DNA from: an uncultured Actinomycetes bacterium
GTDB lineage: Bacteria > Actinomycetota > Actinomycetes > Streptosporangiales > Streptosporangiaceae
Assembly (NCBI GenBank): GCA_963769715.1
Contig: CAVYNE010000015.1
Span: forward strand, 89,960 to 153,959
Length of the DNA: 64,000 nt
Direction of reading: 5' to 3'
The first letter of the stretch is position 1. The number at the start of each line of letters is the position of its first letter. A program made the translations under genes and the position numbers. The notes beneath the pieces are model-generated. The model was given only the letters and a program-made list of their open reading frames with translations, was not told the DNA's origin and searched no databases. This document shows, piece after piece, positions 9,230 through 20,574 of the stretch.

Positions 9230-10449
9230 CGCCCGCCCCCGGCCGAGACCGATACGACCTTGAACGGCACGGTCATCCGCACCAGGGTTCCCTGCTGGCC
9301 CGACCGGATGATCAGCGCGGCGTCCGCCGCCGCCGCGCGCTCCCGCATCGAGGCCAGCCCCAGCCCGCCGGACGGCGCCTCGGGCGCGAATCCGTGGCCG
9401 TCGTCTGACACCTCGAGGACGACCTGGCGCGGGGTCTTCGACGGTGCCTTTGACGGTGCCTTCGATAGGGCGACCCGGACGCCCGACGCCCCGGCGTGCC
9501 GCAGCGCGTTGTGCAGTGCCTCCTGCGCGACCCGGTAGAGCGCCGCCTCGGCCCGGGGCCCGAGCGCGGGCAGGTCCCCGGCGGTGAACGTGACCGGGAT
9601 CCCGTGCGCCCGCCCGGCCAGCACCGCGTACCGGCGCAGGGATTCGGCCAGCCCCGCCGCCAGGTCCGGCGGGGCCAGCCCGTCGATCGCCGCGCGCAGT
9701 TCGGCGTGGGCCTCGGCACCGAGCGTGCCGACCACCTCGATCTCGGCCCGGACCCGGGCCGCGTCCACCGGGTCCCTGGCGGCCAGGACCGCGGCGGCCC
9801 GCGCGTGCGCCCTGATGCTGAACAGCTTCTGCGTGACCGCGTCGTGCAGGTCCCTGGCCAGCCGGGAGCGCTCCTGCATCACGGAGAGCTCCCGGCTGCG
9901 CTCGTACAGCCGGGCGTTGGTCAGCGCGATCGCGGCGTGCGCGGCGAACAGCGAGAGGATCTCCTGGTCGCGCTCGGTGAACCCGCGGCCGGCCGCCGCG
10001 GCGGAGGTCTTGTTGGCCGCGAAGATGATGCCGAGGATCCGGTCCTGGTCGCGCACCGGCACCCCGAGGAAGTGCGACATCTGCGGATGGGCGGACGGCC
10101 AGCCCTCGAACCTCGGGTCCTCGCGGATATCCGCGAGCCGCTCAGGCCGGCCCTCGTTGAGCAGCACGGCGAGCATCCCGTGACGGCGCGGCAGCGGGCC
10201 GATCGCCTGCCACTCGGCTGCGCTGATCCCGTCCACCACGAACTCGGCGAACGAGTCGCCCTCGTCGGGCACGCCGAGCGCCGCGTAGCGCGCGCCGACC
10301 AGCGACCGCGCCGACCGAACGATCACCTGCAGCACGTCACGGACGGACATCTGCCGCGTGACGGACAGCACCGCCTGGCTCACCTGGTACAGCTCGTCGA
10401 GCCCATCGCTCATCCTCCCGACGTTAGCCGGGTTGCGCGGGCCCTGCAT
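9226..10449 (-). CDS. GAF-domain sensor histidine kinase (HisKA_3 type); start uncertain
   Basis: GAF-like N-terminal half. H-box LARDLHDAVTQKLFS. HATPase EALHNALRHAGA and GGLGLASMRERA. Contains an in-frame SKAPSKAPSKTP repeat. Confidence 0.85.
   Translation of the reverse strand: MQGPRNPANVGRMSDGLDELYQVSQAVLSVTRQMSVRDVLQVIVRSARSLVGARYAALGVPDEGDSFAEFVVDGISAAEWQAIGPLPRRHGMLAVLLNEGRPERLADIREDPRFEGWPSAHPQMSHFLGVPVRDQDRILGIIFAANKTSAAAAGRGFTERDQEILSLFAAHAAIALTNARLYERSRELSVMQERSRLARDLHDAVTQKLFSIRAHARAAAVLAARDPVDAARVRAEIEVVGTLGAEAHAELRAAIDGLAPPDLAAGLAESLRRYAVLAGRAHGIPVTFTAGDLPALGPRAEAALYRVAQEALHNALRHAGASGVRVALSKAPSKAPSKTPRQVVLEVSDDGHGFAPEAPSGGLGLASMRERAAAADAALIIRSGQQGTLVRMTVPFKVVSVSAGGGR
9437..9466 (-). 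repeat. In-frame 12-bp tandem repeat (~2.5 copies) encoding SKAP-SKAP-SK in the kinase ATPase domain
   Basis: ttcgacggtgcc / tttgacggtgcc / ttcgat read directly on the plus strand. Confidence 0.9.
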
Positions 10450-10535
10450 CGGGCGGCGGTCTTAGGACTATTGACCCAGGCCGGGCTGGCCCGGGGGCCG
10501 ATGCGCGGGGACGCGACCGCGCCTAGCGTGAAGAC

Positions 10536-11243
10536 ATGAACGACAAACCGACAGCCATGATCACGGGGGCCTCCCGCGGGCTGGGCCGCGCGCTGGCGGC
10601 CGGCCTGGCCCGCGAGGGCTTTGCCCTCGTCATCGACGCGAGGAACGCCGCGGCGCTGGACGGCGCGGCGGAGGCGATCAGGGCCGCGGGCGGTACCGTC
10701 ACCGCCATCGCCGGCGACGTCACCGACCCCGCGCACCGCGCCGCCTTGCGGCGGGCCGCCGACGCCGCAGGCCGGCTTGACCTGCTCGTGAACAACGCCG
10801 GGACGCTGGGGGTCAGCCCGCTGCCCGCGCTGGCCGACTACCCGCCCGACGAACTACGCGCCGCGTTCGAGGTGAACGTGATCGCGCCCATCGCGCTGAC
10901 CCAGCTGATGCTGCCGCTGCTGCGCGCCGACGGCGGCGCGGTGCTGAACATCACCTCGGACGCGGCCGAACAGGCCTACGCCGGCTGGGGCGGCTACGGC
11001 GCGGCCAAGGCCGCCCTGGAGCAGGCCTCGAACGTGCTGGCCGCCGAGGAGCCCGGGCTCCGGGTCTGGTGGGCCGATCCCGGCGACCTGCGCACCGACA
11101 TGCACCAGCTGGCCTTCCCCGGGGCGGACATATCGGACCGCCCAGAACCCGAGTCGGTGGTCCCCGCATTCGTCAGGCTCATCTCGCAGCGCCTGCCGAG
11201 CGGCCGGTACCGCGCGGCTCACCTGATGCCGGCCGCCAGGTAA
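10536..11243 (+). CDS. Short-chain dehydrogenase/reductase (SDR)
   Basis: TGASRGLGRA, NNAG, and YGAAKAAL catalytic Tyr-x3-Lys. Confidence 0.85.
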   Translation: MNDKPTAMITGASRGLGRALAAGLAREGFALVIDARNAAALDGAAEAIRAAGGTVTAIAGDVTDPAHRAALRRAADAAGRLDLLVNNAGTLGVSPLPALADYPPDELRAAFEVNVIAPIALTQLMLPLLRADGGAVLNITSDAAEQAYAGWGGYGAAKAALEQASNVLAAEEPGLRVWWADPGDLRTDMHQLAFPGADISDRPEPESVVPAFVRLISQRLPSGRYRAAHLMPAAR

Positions 11244-11247
11244 CGCC

Positions 11248-12306
11248 ATGATCACCGACCTCGCCCGGTCCGATTTCACGCTGACCGACTTCACGCTGAC
11301 CGACTTCACCCTGCCCGCCGAGCTCGAGGCGCACGACCCGCCCGAGGCGCGCGGCCTGGCCCGGGACGGCGTCCGGTTGCTGGTCAGCCGCCGCTCGTCC
11401 GGCGAGATCGGCCATCACGGCTTCCGCGACCTGCCCGGCCTGCTGCTCCCCGGCGACCTGCTGGTCGTCAACACCACCGCGACGCTGCCCGCCCAGGTGC
11501 GCGCCCACGACGGGCTGGCCGTGCACTTCTCCAGCCCGCAGCCCGACGGCGCGTGGCTGGTAGAGCTCCGGCAGGTCAAGGGCAAGATCTCGATGCCGAA
11601 CGGTCCCGGCTCCCCCGATCAGTCCATCAGCCTGCCTGGCGGGGCGGTCCTGACCCTGGCGGGCAAGGCCACCGGCAGGCTCTGGCGGGCCCGGCTGTCG
11701 GCGGCGGTGGTGCCGTACCTACTGCGATACGGCATCCCGATCCGGTACTCCTACGTGCACCGCGAGTGGGCGCTGCCGTTCTACCAGACGGTGTTCGCGC
11801 GGGAGCCGGGCAGCGCGGAGATGCCGAGCGCCAGCCGCCCGTTCACGCCGTCCGTGGTCACCGCGCTGGTGGCCCGCGGGGTGCTGATCGCCCCGCTCAC
11901 CCTGCACACCGGGGTGTCCTCACTCGAGGCCGGCGAGGATCCGTACCCGGAGCCCTACGACGTGCCGCCCGCGACGGCCCGGCTGGTCAACCACGTGCGG
12001 GCGCACGGCGGCCGGATCATCGCCGCGGGCACCACCGTGGTCCGCGCGCTCGAGACGGCCGCGCTGGATCGCCCGGATGGCCAGGTGGCGGCCTCGGCGG
12101 GCTGGACGTCGCACGTGGTCACGCCGGAGACCGGGGTCAAGGTGGTGGACGGGCTGCTCACCGGGCTGCACGAGCCGCGTTCTTCGCATCTGCGGATACT
12201 GGCCGCGTTCGCCGGTCCCGGGCTGCTGAGCCGGTGCTACGAAACCGCGATCAGGTCCCGGTACCTGTGGCACGAGTTCGGTGACGTGCACCTGCTGCTG
12301 CCCTAA
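11248..12306 (+). CDS. queA: S-adenosylmethionine:tRNA ribosyltransferase-isomerase (QueA-like)
   Basis: DLLVVNTTATLPAQV, FYQTVFAREPGSAEMPSASRPFT, IIAAGTTVVRALE, GLHEPRSSHLRILAAFAG. These match my recollection of the QueA core motifs. The N-terminus carries a DFTLT x3 repeat. Confidence 0.75.
   Translation: MITDLARSDFTLTDFTLTDFTLPAELEAHDPPEARGLARDGVRLLVSRRSSGEIGHHGFRDLPGLLLPGDLLVVNTTATLPAQVRAHDGLAVHFSSPQPDGAWLVELRQVKGKISMPNGPGSPDQSISLPGGAVLTLAGKATGRLWRARLSAAVVPYLLRYGIPIRYSYVHREWALPFYQTVFAREPGSAEMPSASRPFTPSVVTALVARGVLIAPLTLHTGVSSLEAGEDPYPEPYDVPPATARLVNHVRAHGGRIIAAGTTVVRALETAALDRPDGQVAASAGWTSHVVTPETGVKVVDGLLTGLHEPRSSHLRILAAFAGPGLLSRCYETAIRSRYLWHEFGDVHLLLP
11272..11316 (+). repeat. In-frame 15-bp tandem repeat x3 (DFTLT DFTLT DFTLP) at the QueA-like N-terminus
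   Basis: gatttcacgctgacc / gacttcacgctgacc / gacttcaccctgccc. Confidence 0.95.
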
Positions 12307-12366
12307 CGCTGTCGGGGGCGGCCCGTGCTTCCTGGCCAGGGCCGTTCGGGTAGCCTGGCGCCCGCG

Positions 12367-13602
12367 ATGAATACTCCGCGGACCTCGCTGCTTATCACCC
12401 TGACCGGCCGGGACCGGCCGGGCGTGACCTCCAGGCTGTTCGCCATCCTGGCCAGGCATCCGGTCAGCGTGCTTGACGTCGAGCAGGTGGTGATCCGGGG
12501 CCGCCTGGTGCTCGGCGTGCTGCTCGGCTGCGACTCGCCGCCCGACCTGACCGGCATCCACGCCGCGATCACCGCGCTCGCCACCGATCTCGGCCTGGAA
12601 GCCGAGATCACCACGGGTTCGGCGGTCTCGGGCGATCCGGCCGCCCGCGCCGGGCGGCTGCACGTCACCCTGCTGGGCAGCCCGCTGGCGCCGGCCGCCA
12701 TCACCGCCATCGCCGGGCGGATCGCGGCCAGCGGAGCGAACATCGACCGGATCGGCAGGCTCGCGCAGCAGCCGGTGACGTGCATCGAGATGGACGTCTC
12801 CGGCGGGGACCCGGCGATGCTCCGCGAGGACCTGGCCCGCATCGCGGTCGAGCAGGGGATCGACGTGGCCGTCCAGCGCGGCGGGCTGCACCGCCGCGCG
12901 CTGCGGCTGATCGTGATGGACGTGGACTCCACCCTCATCCAGGACGAGGTGATCGACCTGCTGGCCGTCCGGGCCGGCTGCGCCGAGGAGGTGGCGAAGG
13001 TGACCGCGGCCGCCATGCGCGGCGAGCTCGACTTCACCGCGTCGCTGCGCGAGCGGGTGTCGCTGCTCGCCGGGCTCGACGCGCGGGTCCTCGACGAGGT
13101 CCGGGCCGAGCTGCGGCTGACCGCGGGCGCGCGCACGCTGGTCAGGACGCTCAGCGACCTCGGCTACAAATCGGGCATCGTCAGCGGCGGCTTCGTCCAG
13201 GTCATCGAGCCGCTGGCCGCCGAGCTCGGCATCGGCTACGTGGCCGCCAACGAGCTGGAGATCGTGGCCGGCAAGCTCACCGGGCGCCTGCGCGGCCCGG
13301 TGATCGACCGGGCCGGGAAGGCGGAGGCGCTGCGCCGGTTCGCCGCCGACGCCGGGGTCCCGCTGTCCCAGACGGTGGCGGTCGGCGACGGCGCCAACGA
13401 CCTCGACATGATCGCCGCCGCCGGGCTCGGCGTCGCGTTCAACGCCAAGCCCGTGGTGCGCGACGCGGCCGACACCTCGCTGAGCGTCCCCTACCTGGAC
13501 GCCATCTTGTACCTGCTCGGCATCTCCAGCGACGATGTGGCCGCCGGGCCCGCTGGGTTAGTTGCTGTGTCAGGTCACGTAGCCCGCTTCGTCATCGTCT
13601 GA
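12367..13602 (+). CDS. serB: Phosphoserine phosphatase SerB with N-terminal ACT-like repeats
   Basis: HAD motifs LIVMDVDSTLIQDEVID, SGGF, GDGANDLDM. N-terminal LITLTGRDRPGVTSRLFAILA. Start chosen at ATG 12367 (MNTPRTSLL...). The last ~25 aa (…AAGPAGLVAVSGHVARFVIV) look atypical. Confidence 0.85.
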   Translation: MNTPRTSLLITLTGRDRPGVTSRLFAILARHPVSVLDVEQVVIRGRLVLGVLLGCDSPPDLTGIHAAITALATDLGLEAEITTGSAVSGDPAARAGRLHVTLLGSPLAPAAITAIAGRIAASGANIDRIGRLAQQPVTCIEMDVSGGDPAMLREDLARIAVEQGIDVAVQRGGLHRRALRLIVMDVDSTLIQDEVIDLLAVRAGCAEEVAKVTAAAMRGELDFTASLRERVSLLAGLDARVLDEVRAELRLTAGARTLVRTLSDLGYKSGIVSGGFVQVIEPLAAELGIGYVAANELEIVAGKLTGRLRGPVIDRAGKAEALRRFAADAGVPLSQTVAVGDGANDLDMIAAAGLGVAFNAKPVVRDAADTSLSVPYLDAILYLLGISSDDVAAGPAGLVAVSGHVARFVIV

Positions 13603-13987
13603 GGTCTTCATCACGTTTAGCCATCCTGGCTGCGGGCCGACGTGCTCGGTCGGCAGCTAGGACGAGGACCGCTGCGTCTGCGTTAAGACAGCCAGCATGG
13701 CTGATCTCTCCGCCGGGCCTCAGCTTGCCCGGGGATCTGGACTGTGGGGATTCTGTGGGACACGGGCTCAACGGGTCGCTGCCCGAGAGGTTCGTCGCGC
13801 CGCCGGGCGTGACTAGGCCAGGAACGGGTTGAGGACCTGGGCGCCGTCGTATGCCTGGCCAGGGTTGAGGTCCCCCGAGTGCACGGTGCCGCAGCGGGGC
13901 GTCAAGCGGCTTGGGGATCTTCCGCGTCGTCGTGACGAAGAATCCGCGCCTACCTCGACCGGCTCCCCGATACCCAGGTACGTGCTC

Positions 13988-14116
13988 ATGGTCCGGTTGT
14001 CCGGCTCGCTAGCTCTGCTCGCGCGCAGCGACATCTCCAGGGACGTGGAGATGTCGGTGTTGCGGCACGAGGTCGCAGCGGAAGCGGACACGGCGAAGCA
14101 TTGGTATCAGTGCTGA
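13988..14116 (+). pseudogene. Possible N-terminal remnant of an IS/integrase-type transposase gene
   Basis: MVRLSGSLALLARSDISRDVEMSVLRHEVAA resembles the ...L(L/P)xSDxxKDxEILxLRH(Q/E)xxVL... N-terminus common in actinomycete rve-type transposases. It is only ~35 aa long and then stops. Confidence 0.3.
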
Positions 14117-14128
14117 TACCATAATCAC
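14103..14128 (+). promoter_or_regulatory. Perfect 8+8 bp palindrome (GGTATCAG TG CTGATACC) followed by CATAAT immediately upstream of the antitoxin ATG; candidate operator/-10 of a leaderless phd-doc transcript
   Basis: ggtatcagtgctgatacc at 14103-14120, ataatcac, then ATG at 14129. No room for an SD sequence. Confidence 0.4.
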
Positions 14129-14332
14129 ATGGCGATGACATTGCGGCTGGCTGACCATGAGACCCAGGCACTGCGCAGGCGAGCCGAACTGGAGCAGCGG
14201 TCGATGCAAGACGTGGCCCGGCAGGCCATCAGGGAGTACGTCGAGAATCACAGTCGCAGCGAACTGCTCGACCGCGTGCTCGATGAAGAGCTGCCCCGGT
14301 ACGCCGAGGCACTTGAGCGGCTCGGCCAGTGA
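14129..14332 (+). CDS. Ribbon-helix-helix antitoxin (Phd-role partner of Doc)
   Basis: 67 aa, MAMTLRLADHETQALRRRAELEQRSMQDVARQAIREYV. It overlaps the Doc gene by 4 nt. Confidence 0.8.
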   Translation: MAMTLRLADHETQALRRRAELEQRSMQDVARQAIREYVENHSRSELLDRVLDEELPRYAEALERLGQ

Positions 14333-14709
14333 TCTACCTGACGCTGCCCGAACTGCTCCATGTTGCCGAGCGCACCCTCGGGGCCGATTTCATCGTGCGC
14401 GATTACGGCTTGCTGGAAGCCGCTCTCGCCCGCCCCCAGGCCACCGCCTTCGGCAAGGATGCCTACCCCACGCCGGACGGCAAGGCGGCAGCGCTGCTGC
14501 ACTCGCTCGCACGCAACCACGCCCTCATCGACGGCAACAAGCGGCTTGCGCTAGCGGCACTCATCGCCTTCTACGGCCTCAACGGCCGCCGCCTGACCCT
14601 GACCAACGATGCCGCGTACGACCTGGTAGTCAACGTCGCATCCGGGCAGCTCGACACCGCAGACGACATCGCCGCGATCCTTCAGGCCGCAACCGAGCCC
14701 CGTAACTAG
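14329..14709 (+). CDS. doc: Fic/Doc-family death-on-curing toxin
   Basis: Doc motif HSLARNHALIDGNKRLA (H-x-F/L-x-D/N-G-N-K-R). Confidence 0.9.
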   Translation: MIYLTLPELLHVAERTLGADFIVRDYGLLEAALARPQATAFGKDAYPTPDGKAAALLHSLARNHALIDGNKRLALAALIAFYGLNGRRLTLTNDAAYDLVVNVASGQLDTADDIAAILQAATEPRN

Positions 14710-14873
14710 CACACTGGCCACCAGCCCGGTGAGCGCGCTCCGGCATATCTCAGCAGGCACCAGCCGCTCTCAGCAGGCGCCAGCCGCGTCATAATGCCCG
14801 GACTACCGGATGCCGGCGATCGACCCCGATCCCGCGGGCGGGCTGGCCTGGGCGCCACGGTATGCAACTCCGG

Positions 14874-15239
14874 TCAGCGGATCTGCCGGATGGTTTCCCC
14901 GCTTTCCCAGCCAGTGTCCGCTGTGTACACGATGGCGTTGAGGCGGCGTCCGAGCGCGAGGCATAGCCGGTCCGCGAGCGACAGGCTGCTTCCCGATGTC
15001 CAGGTGACGGCGGCCTCCTCGGCGTCCTCGACGCTGACCGGCTCGAGATGAAGGCCGTAGCTGGCGAGCAGCGCCCTGGCCAGGTCCCAGTCGCGGCCGT
15101 GCGCCCTGATCTTCTGGGCGACCTCGGACCAGTTTGCCGTGCCGCATGTACCGCCGGCGCTAAGACCCGTCTCGACGGCCGCAGAGCCGTCTTCTCCCTG
15201 CAGGAACGCGAGCAGGGCGGACGCGTCGAAGACGTTCAC
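14874..15239 (-). CDS. vapC: PIN-domain toxin VapC
   Basis: MNVFDASALLAFL... (N-terminal acidic D) and ...LSLADRLCLALGRRLNAIVYTADTGW. It overlaps the upstream antitoxin by 4 nt. Confidence 0.85.
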   Translation of the reverse strand: MNVFDASALLAFLQGEDGSAAVETGLSAGGTCGTANWSEVAQKIRAHGRDWDLARALLASYGLHLEPVSVEDAEEAAVTWTSGSSLSLADRLCLALGRRLNAIVYTADTGWESGETIRQIR

Positions 15240-15478
15240 GCCGCGTCTTGGGCGGCCGCCTGCCGCCGGTCGGCGAGCAGTTCCCGGACGAGGTCGAGGC
15301 CGGCGAGGTCTTCTCGCACGAGTGACTTCAGCTGCTCTCGGCTCACGAGAAGCACCCCGCCCGGAGCGGCGATGAGCACCACCGGGGTGCCTTCGGTGAG
15401 CCCGGCCTGGGCCCGGAGTTCGGCGGGAATGACCAGCCGCCCCCGGTCGCCCATCGTAACCTGGTATGTCCCATTCAC
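15236..15478 (-). CDS. vapB: AbrB/SpoVT-fold antitoxin VapB
   Basis: VNGTYQVTMGDRGRLVIPAELRAQAGL. I placed the start at GTG 15478 (ATG 15454 is an alternative). The 237-aa ORF-track version is an upstream run-on. Confidence 0.75.
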   Translation of the reverse strand: MNGTYQVTMGDRGRLVIPAELRAQAGLTEGTPVVLIAAPGGVLLVSREQLKSLVREDLAGLDLVRELLADRRQAAAQDAA

Positions 15479-15929
15479 TTTACCAGCGTACCACTCGATG
15501 CACTCCGGTGGGACATGGCTCGTGCGAGCCCGAGCGCGCGGCCATCCGCGCCTGGGACGCCACTGAATAACTCTCATGCTCCAGGGCGCTGCGGGGCAGA
15601 TCGGCGGGCCCGTCGCCGAAGCCCAGGGACCACCAGTCCTGGCCGCGCGTGCGGACCTCGGTGAGTTCCATCTCGCACCGCGGCTCGCCGCCCAGCCCTG
15701 GGGCGCGCGCCACGACCCGGCCCGCTGGCCAGCCAGAACCGGCTGACGCGCCGCGTCTTGCGTACCGGTCTCTAGCCGGGCGGGCAGGCGCTGTCCTGGC
15801 GGGGCGGGCTGAAGGGAAAGGACCACTTCTGCCAGGACTGCATGGGTCCGCGGGCGCGTCCCGGCACCTGAAGGATTCCCGCGCTGCCGCGGTACATCTT
15901 TACCTCCAGTGCCGAGCCCCTGCGGACCT

Positions 15930-16319
15930 TTACCGGCAGCCCGGGGCAACGGCGGATCCAGCAGGTAGGTGTCCTGACGTGATTCCGTCCGGGCCGGGAA
16001 GCGCCCGAACCATCCGGCCTTTGCCCGGGACGGTCTGGAGCCAGTTGCTGGTCCTGCCGTCGGGGGCGGTGGGTCCGAAGTAGATGTCGGTGGAGCCGTC
16101 CGGGCTGGTTTTGACCGTGCCGGACTGGCTCCCGAGGTCCGGCCTGGGCTGGGCGGTCTGGAGCATGGAGCGGGTCTGGCGGTCGTAGGCCATCACGGAC
16201 CAGAAGCGGCTCTCGGGGATGCCGGGCGGGAGGGTGAGCCGGTAGCTGCGGGCCCCGTCGAGGAACTCCCCGGCAGAGCGGCCTAGCTGCTCTGACCTGG
16301 CGGAATCGGACGGCTTCAG
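15930..16319 (-). pseudogene. DUF1214-family gene remnant (5'-truncated, at least one frameshift)
   Basis: ...GARSYRLTLPPGIPESRFWSVMAYDRQTRSMLQT...DIYFGPTAPDGRTSNWLQTVPGKG. An in-frame TAG at 16320-16322 leaves no upstream start. After GKG the expected GWF... continues in another frame (KAGWFGRF...). Confidence 0.6.
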
Positions 16320-16366
16320 CTAGCGTGCGGTTAACTCCACGGCTGAGCCGGAACGGAGAGGGCGAG

Positions 16367-16702
16367 ATGGTGCGTGAGGTCAGGCCAGGGCGGGATGCCC
16401 AGACGGCGCCGGGGGCGGCGATCCCGGCAGCCGCCATCGAGCCAGTGCGGCAGGCACGGGCGATGCACCATAACCGGGCCGCCTGGTCCCTGATCGGGCT
16501 GAAGGTGGCCGGGGATGTTCTGCGCAGCCGCCGGACCCAGGAGCTGGCGATCGTTGGTGCCATCATGGTGGCAGCGCTGGCCCACGGGGCCCGCCAAAGC
16601 CAGGCTCAGATGCTGGCGCGGTTGATCGCCTGGGACAAGCAGCGGGAGCAGGCCCTGCGCCGTCACCTTTCGGCCGGGCTCGGTCAACGCAAGACCCGGT
16701 AA
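16367..16702 (+). CDS. Hypothetical protein (111 aa)
   Basis: Strong G/C third-position bias in this frame. It is followed by the hairpin terminator at 16775-16803. No recognisable family. Confidence 0.4.
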   Translation: MVREVRPGRDAQTAPGAAIPAAAIEPVRQARAMHHNRAAWSLIGLKVAGDVLRSRRTQELAIVGAIMVAALAHGARQSQAQMLARLIAWDKQREQALRRHLSAGLGQRKTR

Positions 16703-16774
16703 GGCCAGATCTTGCGCAGTGGGCTCACGCCAGGACTGGACTGAGCCAGCGGGAGGCGGTCGACGAACCTGGCA

Positions 16775-16803
16775 GGCCCCGGTCCCGGGGCCATTGCTGT
16801 TTC
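16775..16803. terminator. GC hairpin (GGCCCCGG tc CCGGGGCC) + T-rich tail between convergent genes
   Basis: ggccccggtcccggggcc then attgctgtttc. It lies between the stop at 16702 (+) and the hppA stop at 16827 (-). Confidence 0.5.
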
Positions 16804-16826
16804 AACCGTGCGTCCCTGGCAAAACG

Positions 16827-19220
<2,394 letters not shown>

Positions 19221-19506
19221 TCGACCTCCTGGAACTCCGAACGGAAGACGGTGCCGATCGGGACTAAACGAGTGGCCGGGAGTCTACGCACGCGCGAGCC
19301 GAACCACGAACACCGGGCCATTCCTAACAATTTCGTTATTTTTTCGTTACCATTACGCCGCACTAGCGTGATGACTGGAGCCATCGGTGATAACCGGCAG
19401 TCGCATGAGCTAACGGCAAGCGCGGCCCGTCGTGTCCTTCAGGCTGACCGCCCGGCTCTATCAGGCGGACGACCCGGCCCGGTGGCCAGTACTCAGGCGG
19501 CCCAGT

Positions 19507-19986
19507 TCAGGCGGCAGGAGCAGCCGACGGCCAGCTCATCTGGACGCTCACGCCGGAGCTGGTCGACCAGACGCGCACGTCGTCGGCCAGGCCGGTGATC
19601 ACGGCCAGCCCGAACCCGGCCGGGATCCCGGCGTCGTCGGCGCCCTGGACCAGGGCACTGGAGCCCGCGGGGCCGCCCTGGCTCACGCCGTGGCCGTTGG
19701 CGCCGGCCCCTGTGCCGACCGCTGGGGCGGTCTTCGTCGGGGCATGGTCACTCACCACGACGACGAACCGCTCACCCTGGTCGGTCATCTCGATCTTGAC
19801 CGGCTCGGCCGGGCAGTGCCGCCGGTGCGCCTCGACCGCGCGCGAGCAAGCCTCGCCCACGGCCAAGCGCACCTCGTCGAGCAGCGCTTCGTCCACACCG
19901 CTGCGCCGCGCTACCGCGGTGGCGACCAGCCGCGCGGTGCGAACATGCGCGGGCAGCGGCGTGAACGTGACTTCTACGGTGGCCAT
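19507..19986 (-). CDS. Anti-sigma regulatory Ser/Thr kinase (RsbW/SpoIIAB-like ATP-binding protein)
   Basis: MATVEVTFTPLPAHVRTARLVATAVARRSGVDEALLDEVRLAVGEACSRAV. It sits directly downstream of the STAS gene. Confidence 0.8.
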   Translation of the reverse strand: MATVEVTFTPLPAHVRTARLVATAVARRSGVDEALLDEVRLAVGEACSRAVEAHRRHCPAEPVKIEMTDQGERFVVVVSDHAPTKTAPAVGTGAGANGHGVSQGGPAGSSALVQGADDAGIPAGFGLAVITGLADDVRVWSTSSGVSVQMSWPSAAPAA

Positions 19987-20012
19987 CTCGTCAGGATCTT
20001 CGGGTCCCGGCT

Positions 20013-20363
20013 TTACTTCTCGGACTTCTTGGCCGCGATGGCCTCGTCCACGGTGTTGTGGATGCCGAAGACCTTCGTCAGCCCGGTGATCCTGAAGATC
20101 TTGAGTATGCGCTCCTGCGTGCAGACGAGATCCAGGGAGCCGTCGTGCGCACGCACTCGCTTCAGGCCGCCGACCAGCACTCCGAGACCGGTGGAGTCAA
20201 GGAACTCCACCTTCTCCATGTTGACGACGAGCTGGTAATTGTTCTTGTTGACCAGATCGATGAGCAGCTCACGGAGCCGCGGCGCCGTGTAGACATCGAT
20301 CTCGCCTTCGACGTCGACGACTTCGATGCCGTCCTTGTTGTAGTGACCCAGCTTCAGATCCAC
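20013..20363 (-). CDS. bldG: STAS-domain anti-sigma-factor antagonist, BldG-like
   Basis: [15 protein letters not shown]...[46 protein letters not shown]. Start set at GTG 20363, preceded by GGAGGATTT. Confidence 0.85.
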   Translation of the reverse strand: MDLKLGHYNKDGIEVVDVEGEIDVYTAPRLRELLIDLVNKNNYQLVVNMEKVEFLDSTGLGVLVGGLKRVRAHDGSLDLVCTQERILKIFRITGLTKVFGIHNTVDEAIAAKKSEK

Positions 20364-20574
20364 AAATCCTCCAGCGCCATGCACGGCGTCATCTCATCGT
20401 CCCGCCCAGGCACGCGGGCTGACCCTACCGGAGCCTAGGGCGTTATCCTCTGCGGCATTCAACCACGCTCCGGTGTCATGTCTATACGAAATCATGCCTC
20501 CGGGCATCCCCCAACGGCCCGACACACGCAAAATCCCCGAGCATTCGCCGACGGGATGTCACACTGAGGAAGCT

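Noticed and set aside
15236-15949. 237-aa ORF
   Set aside because: Only the last ~80 codons (the AbrB-fold VapB) look like protein. The upstream part is Pro/Gly/Arg-rich run-on that overlaps the DUF1214 remnant region.
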